The notes below the pieces were generated by a model. The model worked only from the letters and a program-made list of their open reading frames with translations. It made no database searches and was not told where the DNA came from. A stretch of 13,759 nt of DNA from a virus (Duplodnaviria > Heunggongvirae > Uroviricota > Caudoviricetes): IMG/VR virus record IMGVR_UViG_2551306491_000003; one strand, written 5' to 3'. Each line of letters begins with the position of its first letter. The first letter of the stretch is position 1. The translations under genes were made by a program, and so were the position numbers. This document shows positions 7,850 through 13,759 of this stretch, piece after piece.

Positions 7850-8394
7850 AAACGGGGGCCGAAGCCATCCGGGCGCTGGCCATGCAGATCCCGGCGTTTC
7901 GTCAGAAGCTGAGCGACGGCTGGTATCTGGTACGGATTGCCGGGCGTGATACAGGTGAAAATGAATTATCTGCCCGTCTTAATGAGCCGCTGGCAAATGG
8001 TGCCGTGATCCACATCGTGCCGCGCCTGGCGGGTGCTAAAAGTGGCGGTGTGTTTCAGGCAGTGCTGGGTGCGGCGCTGATTGCGGTGGCATGGTGGAAC
8101 CCTGTGGGCTGGCTGGGGGCCGCGGCTGTATCGGGTATGTATGCAGCAGGGGCCAGTATGATCCTGGGTGGTGTGGCGCAGATGCTGGCACCGAAAGCCA
8201 GAACTCCCCGTACACAGACAACGGATAACGGCAAACAAAACACCTATTTCTCCTCACTGGATAACATGGTTGCCCAGGGCAATGTTCTGCCCGTTCTGTA
8301 CGGTGAAATGCGCGTGGGATCACGTGTGGTTTCTCAGGAGATCAGCACGGCAGACGAAGGGGACGGTGGTCAGGTTGTGGTGATTGGTCGCTGA
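7747..8394 (+). CDS. I: Tail tip assembly protein I (lambda gpI-like), 215 aa; N-terminal domain ending in Gly-Gly followed by a hydrophobic C-terminal region
   Basis: Starts 103 nt inside the 3' end of K in a different frame, the same overlap length as the lambda K/I pair as I recall it. C-terminus YFSSLDNMVAQGNVLPVLYGEMRVGSRVVSQEI is lambda I-like. Alternative start ATG 7786. Confidence 0.8.
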   Translation: MAATHTLPLASPGMARICLYGDLQRFGRRIDLRVKTGAEAIRALAMQIPAFRQKLSDGWYLVRIAGRDTGENELSARLNEPLANGAVIHIVPRLAGAKSGGVFQAVLGAALIAVAWWNPVGWLGAAAVSGMYAAGASMILGGVAQMLAPKARTPRTQTTDNGKQNTYFSSLDNMVAQGNVLPVLYGEMRVGSRVVSQEISTADEGDGGQVVVIGR

Positions 8395-8412
8395 TGCAAA
8401 ATGTTTTATGTG

Positions 8413-8433
8413 AAACCGCCTCCGGGCGGTTTT
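8413..8433 (+). terminator. Terminator-like hairpin in the I-J intergenic region
   Basis: aaaccgcc-tccg-ggcggttt (GC core 5 bp, extendable with A-T pairs) followed by tgtcgttt. Confidence 0.45.
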
Positions 8434-8454
8434 GTCGTTTATGGAGCATGACGA

Positions 8455-11400
8455 ATGGGTAAAGGAAGCAGTAAGGGGCATACCCCGCGCGAAGCGAAGG
8501 ACAACCTGAAGTCCACGCAGCTGCTGAGTGTGATCGATGCCATCAGCGAAGGACCGATTGAAGGTCCGGTGGATGGATTAAAAAGCGTGCTGCTGAACAG
8601 TACGCCGGTGCTGGACAGTGAAGGTAATACCAACATCTCCGGTGTCACGGTGGTGTTCCGGGCCGGTGAGCAGGAGCAGACACCGCCGGAGGGATTTGAA
8701 TCCTCCGGTTCTGAGACGGTGCTGGGTACGGAAGTGAAATACGACACGCCGATCACCCGCACCATCACGTCGGCAAACATCGATCGTCTGCGCTTTACTT
8801 TCGGTGTGCAGGCACTGCGGGAAACCACCTCAAAGGGGGACCGGAATCCGTCGGAAGTCCGCCTGCTGGTTCAGATACAGCGTAATGGTGGCTGGGTGAC
8901 GGAAAAAGACATCACCATTAAGGGCAAAACCACGTCGCAGTATCTGGCCTCGGTGGTGGTGGATAACCTGCCGCCGCGCCCGTTTAATATCCGGATGCGC
9001 AGGATGACGCCGGACAGCACCACAGACCAGCTGCAGAACAAAACGCTCTGGTCGTCATACACCGAAATCATCGATGTGAAACAGTGCTACCCGAACACGG
9101 CACTGGTTGGCGTGCAGGTGGACTCGGAGCAGTTTGGCAGTCAGCAGGTGAGCCGTAATTATCATCTTCGCGGGCGCATTCTGCAGGTGCCGTCAAACTA
9201 TGATCCGGAAAAACGCACTTACAGCGGCATCTGGGACGGAACGTTAAAACCGGCATACAGCAACAACATGGCCTGGTGTCTGTGGGATATGCTGACCCAC
9301 CCGCGCTACGGCATGGGGAAACGTCTTGGTGCGGCGGATGTGGATAAATGGGCGCTGTATGTCATCGGCCAGTACTGCGACCAGTCAGTACCGGACGGCT
9401 TTGGCGGCACGGAGCCGCGCATCACCTGTAATGCGTACCTGACCACGCAGCGCAAGGCGTGGGATGTGCTCAGTGATTTCTGCTCGGCGATGCGCTGTAT
9501 GCCGGTATGGAACGGGCAGACGCTGACGTTCGTGCAGGACCGGCCGTCGGATAAGGTGTGGACCTATAACCGCAGTAATGTGGTGATGCCGGATGATGGC
9601 GCGCCGTTCCGCTACAGCTTTAGCGCCCTGAAAGACCGCCATAATGCCGTTGAGGTGAACTGGACTGACCCGGACAACGGCTGGGAGACGGCGACAGAGC
9701 TTGTGGAGGACACGCAGGCCATTGCCCGTTACGGTCGTAACGTCACGAAGATGGATGCCTTTGGCTGTACCAGTCGGGGGCAGGCACACCGTGCCGGGCT
9801 GTGGCTGATTAAAACGGAACTGCTGGAAACGCAGACCGTGGACTTCAGCGTGGGCGCAGAAGGGCTTCGCCATGTACCGGGCGATGTCATTGAAATCTGT
9901 GATGATGACTATGCGGGGATCAGCATCGGTGGGCGTGTGCTGGCGGTGAACAGCCAGACCCGGACGCTGACGCTCGACCGTGAAATCACGCTGCCATCCT
10001 CCGGCACCACGCTGATAAGCCTGGTTGACGGAAGTGGCAATCCGGTCAGCGTGGAGGTTCAGTCCGTCACCGACGGCGTGAAGGTAAAAGTGAGCCGGGT
10101 TCCTGACGGTGTTGCTGAATACAGCGTGTGGGGGCTGAAGCTGCCGACGCTGCGCCAGCGCCTGTTCCGCTGCGTGAGTATCCGTGAGAACGACGACGGC
10201 ACGTATGCCATCACTGCCGTGCAGCATGTGCCGGAGAAAGAGGGCATCGTGGATAACGGGGCGCACTTTGACGGTGACCAGAGCAGCACGGTGAATGGTG
10301 TCACGCCGCCAGCGGTGCAGCACCTGACCGCCGAAGTCTCCGCAGACAGCGGGGAATATCAGGTGCTGGCGCGATGGGACACGCCGAAGGTGGTGAAGGG
10401 TGTGAGCTTCCTGCTTCGCCTGACCGTGGCAGCGGATGACGGCAGTGAGCGGCTGGTCAGCACGGCCCGGACGACGGAAACCACATACCGCTTCACGCAG
10501 CTGGCGCTGGGGAACTACAGGCTGACAGTCCGGGCGGTAAATGCGTGGGGACAGCAGGGCGATCCGGCGTCGGTATCGTTCCGGATTGCCGCACCGGCAG
10601 CGCCGTCACAGATTGAGCTGACACCGGGCTATTTTCAGATAACCGCCACGCCGCATCTTGCGGTTTATGATCCGACGGTACAGTTTGAGTTCTGGTTCTC
10701 GGAAACGCGGATTGCGGATATCAGGCAGGTTGAAACCAGCGCGCGTTATCTTGGTACGGCGCTGTACTGGATAGCCGCCAGTATCAATATCAAACCGGGC
10801 CATGATTATTACTTTTATATCCGCAGTGTGAACACCGTTGGCAAATCGGCATTCGTGGAGGCCGTCGGTCGGGCGAGCGATGATGCGGAAGGTTATCTGG
10901 ATTTTTTCAAAGGCAAGATAACCGAATCTCATCTCGGCAAGGAGCTGCTGGAAAAAGTCGATCTGACGGAGGATAACGCCAGCAGACTGGATGAGTTTTC
11001 GAAAGAGTGGAAGGACGCTAACGATAAATGGAATGCCATGTGGGGCGTCAAAATTGAGCAGACCAAAGACGGCAAACATTATGTCGCGGGTATTGGCCTC
11101 AGCATGGAGGACACGGAGGAAGGCAAGCTGAGCCAGTTTCTGGTTGCCGCCAATCGTATCGCGTTTATTGACCCGGCAAACGGGAATGAAACGCCGATGT
11201 TTGTGGCGCAGGGCAACCAGATATTCATGAACGACGTGTTCCTGAAGCGCCTGACGGCCCCCACCATTACCAGCGGTGGAAATCCACCGGTATTTTCCCT
11301 GACATCAGACGGAAAGCTGACCGCTAAAAATGCGGATATCAGTGGCAGTGTGAATGCGAACTCCGGGACGCTCAACAACGTCACGGTAAATGAAAACTGT

Positions 11401-11868
11401 ACGATTAAGGGCATGCTGGAGGCGACTCAGGTCAGAGGTGACTTCGTTAAAGCTGTATCCAAATCATTTCCGAAACAGGCTGGTACGTGGGGTAACACGG
11501 AAACACCAAACGGGACGGTTACAGTCACCATCAGCGATGATCATAACTTTGACCGTCAAATCATTATTCCGCCCATTATCTTTAACGGAATAGCGTATAG
11601 CGATCCGGGAAGTGGTAATAACCCGGGAGGTACAAGATACACGGGTTATGGTTTTGAAGTTCGCAAAAACGGTGTATTAATCGCATCCAGAGAAACTAAA
11701 GGGGCCATTCCCGGTAGCTACAGTGCGGTTATTGATATGCCGAGTGGCAGGGGAAGCGTCACTCTGGAGTTTAAGGTTTTCCATAAAGGCAATCAGCGGG
11801 CAGGTAATATCACCGACTGTACGGTGATTGTGACCAAAAAAGCGGCTTCCGGCATCAGTATCCGTTGA
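8455..11868 (+). CDS. J: Central tail fibre / host specificity protein J (lambda gpJ-like), 1137 aa
   Basis: RBS ggag 8443..8446 then ATG 8455. Size close to lambda J (1132 aa) and next in the conserved order. The C-terminal about 250 aa would be the receptor-binding region. Confidence 0.9.
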   Translation: MGKGSSKGHTPREAKDNLKSTQLLSVIDAISEGPIEGPVDGLKSVLLNSTPVLDSEGNTNISGVTVVFRAGEQEQTPPEGFESSGSETVLGTEVKYDTPITRTITSANIDRLRFTFGVQALRETTSKGDRNPSEVRLLVQIQRNGGWVTEKDITIKGKTTSQYLASVVVDNLPPRPFNIRMRRMTPDSTTDQLQNKTLWSSYTEIIDVKQCYPNTALVGVQVDSEQFGSQQVSRNYHLRGRILQVPSNYDPEKRTYSGIWDGTLKPAYSNNMAWCLWDMLTHPRYGMGKRLGAADVDKWALYVIGQYCDQSVPDGFGGTEPRITCNAYLTTQRKAWDVLSDFCSAMRCMPVWNGQTLTFVQDRPSDKVWTYNRSNVVMPDDGAPFRYSFSALKDRHNAVEVNWTDPDNGWETATELVEDTQAIARYGRNVTKMDAFGCTSRGQAHRAGLWLIKTELLETQTVDFSVGAEGLRHVPGDVIEICDDDYAGISIGGRVLAVNSQTRTLTLDREITLPSSGTTLISLVDGSGNPVSVEVQSVTDGVKVKVSRVPDGVAEYSVWGLKLPTLRQRLFRCVSIRENDDGTYAITAVQHVPEKEGIVDNGAHFDGDQSSTVNGVTPPAVQHLTAEVSADSGEYQVLARWDTPKVVKGVSFLLRLTVAADDGSERLVSTARTTETTYRFTQLALGNYRLTVRAVNAWGQQGDPASVSFRIAAPAAPSQIELTPGYFQITATPHLAVYDPTVQFEFWFSETRIADIRQVETSARYLGTALYWIAASINIKPGHDYYFYIRSVNTVGKSAFVEAVGRASDDAEGYLDFFKGKITESHLGKELLEKVDLTEDNASRLDEFSKEWKDANDKWNAMWGVKIEQTKDGKHYVAGIGLSMEDTEEGKLSQFLVAANRIAFIDPANGNETPMFVAQGNQIFMNDVFLKRLTAPTITSGGNPPVFSLTSDGKLTAKNADISGSVNANSGTLNNVTVNENCTIKGMLEATQVRGDFVKAVSKSFPKQAGTWGNTETPNGTVTVTISDDHNFDRQIIIPPIIFNGIAYSDPGSGNNPGGTRYTGYGFEVRKNGVLIASRETKGAIPGSYSAVIDMPSGRGSVTLEFKVFHKGNQRAGNITDCTVIVTKKAASGISIR

Positions 11869-11889
11869 AATATTTATAACCCTAATAAC

Positions 11890-11914
11890 GGGCGCCAGAA
11901 ATGGCGCCTTTTTT
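11890..11914 (+). terminator. Intrinsic terminator downstream of J
   Basis: ggcgcc-agaaat-ggcgcc hairpin (6-bp GC stem) followed by tttttt (11909..11914). Confidence 0.65.
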
Positions 11915-11938
11915 ATTGCAGAAAATCGGGAGGTAATT

Positions 11939-12538
11939 ATGCGTAAAGTTTGTGCAGCAATTTTGTCCGCAGCCATTTGTCTGGCCGTATCCGGTGTGCC
12001 TGCATGGGCGTCTGAGCATCAGTCCACGCTGAGCGCAGGATATCTTCATGCCAGTACGGACGCTCCCGGCAGCGATGATCTGAACGGGATTAACGTGAAA
12101 TACCGTTATGAGTTTACGGACACACTGGGGCTGATTACGTCCTTCAGTTATGCCAACGCCGAAGATGAGCAAAAAACGCATTACAGCGATACCCGCTGGC
12201 ATGAGGATTACGTGCGTAACCGCTGGTTCAGCGTGATGGCAGGGCCGTCTGTGCGTGTGAATGAATGGTTCAGTGCGTATGCGATGGCGGGTGTGGCTTA
12301 CAGCCGTGTGTCGACTTTTTCCGGGGATTATTTCCGCGTAACTGACAACAAGAGGAAAACGCACGACGTGCTGACCGGAAGTGATGACGCTCGCTACAGC
12401 AACACATCTCTGGCGTGGGGGGCTGGCGTGCAGTTTAACCCGACCGAATCAGTGGCCGTTGATGTCGCTTATGAAGGCTCCGGCAGCGGTGACTGGCGCA
12501 CTGACGGTTTCATCGTGGGTGTCGGTTATAAATTTTGA
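11939..12538 (+). CDS. lom: Outer membrane beta-barrel protein Lom (Ail/Lom/PagC family), 199 aa with signal peptide
   Basis: RBS gggagg 11928..11933. N-terminal signal peptide MRKVCAAILSAAICLAVSGVPAWA. Aromatic-rich beta-strand pattern ending in terminal Phe (GVGYKF), typical of outer-membrane barrels. Sits between J and stf as lom does in lambda. Confidence 0.85.
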   Translation: MRKVCAAILSAAICLAVSGVPAWASEHQSTLSAGYLHASTDAPGSDDLNGINVKYRYEFTDTLGLITSFSYANAEDEQKTHYSDTRWHEDYVRNRWFSVMAGPSVRVNEWFSAYAMAGVAYSRVSTFSGDYFRVTDNKRKTHDVLTGSDDARYSNTSLAWGAGVQFNPTESVAVDVAYEGSGSGDWRTDGFIVGVGYKF

Positions 12539-12560
12539 TTAGTAACACAGCGTTATGACA

Positions 12561-12586
12561 GCCCGCCGGTTCAGGCGGGCTTTTTT
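12561..12586 (+). terminator. Intrinsic terminator downstream of lom
   Basis: gcccgcc-ggttca-ggcgggc (7-bp GC stem) followed by tttttt. Confidence 0.7.
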
Positions 12587-12597
12587 GTGGAGTGGGT

Positions 12598-13759
<1,162 letters not shown>

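Noticed and set aside
9385-10323. 312-aa minus-strand ORF lying entirely within J
   Set aside because: Antisense to a well-supported 1137-aa gene; Arg/His-rich composition typical of reverse-frame artefacts in GC-rich coding DNA; no RBS context examined supports it.
11820-11940. Possible sigma70 promoter for lom at the 3' end of J (ttgaaa at 11865..11870, ttgcag at 11916..11921)
   Set aside because: No -10 hexamer at acceptable 16-18 nt spacing for either candidate, and one would start transcription inside the terminator hairpin.

Overview
This window is the tail-morphogenesis module of a lambda-like (lambdoid) prophage of an enterobacterium, in lambda gene order: Z-U-V-G/T-H-M-L-K-I-J-lom-stf, all on the + strand. 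Both edges of the module are cut by ends of an IS3-family insertion sequence that I recognise from memory as IS629/IS1203-like. At the left, bases 1..315 are the reverse complement of the IS left end with the start of orfA, and the insertion removes the 5' part of the gene upstream of Z. At the right, bases 13562..13759 are the reverse complement of the IS right end with the 3' end of orfB, and the insertion cuts the side tail fibre gene stf straight after its collagen-like Gly-X-Y repeats. The two IS fragments are in the same orientation, so the 13.2 kb tail module is bracketed by directly repeated IS copies, or by a single copy if the molecule is circular. Other points worth a second look are a non-canonical G-T frameshift site, a strong terminator hairpin between V and G, the 103-nt K/I overlap with a JAMM motif in K and a Gly-Gly-terminated domain in I, a tape measure longer than lambda H, and lom insulated by terminators. 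All protein assignments rest on my reading of the translations and recall of lambda proteins; no database search was run.
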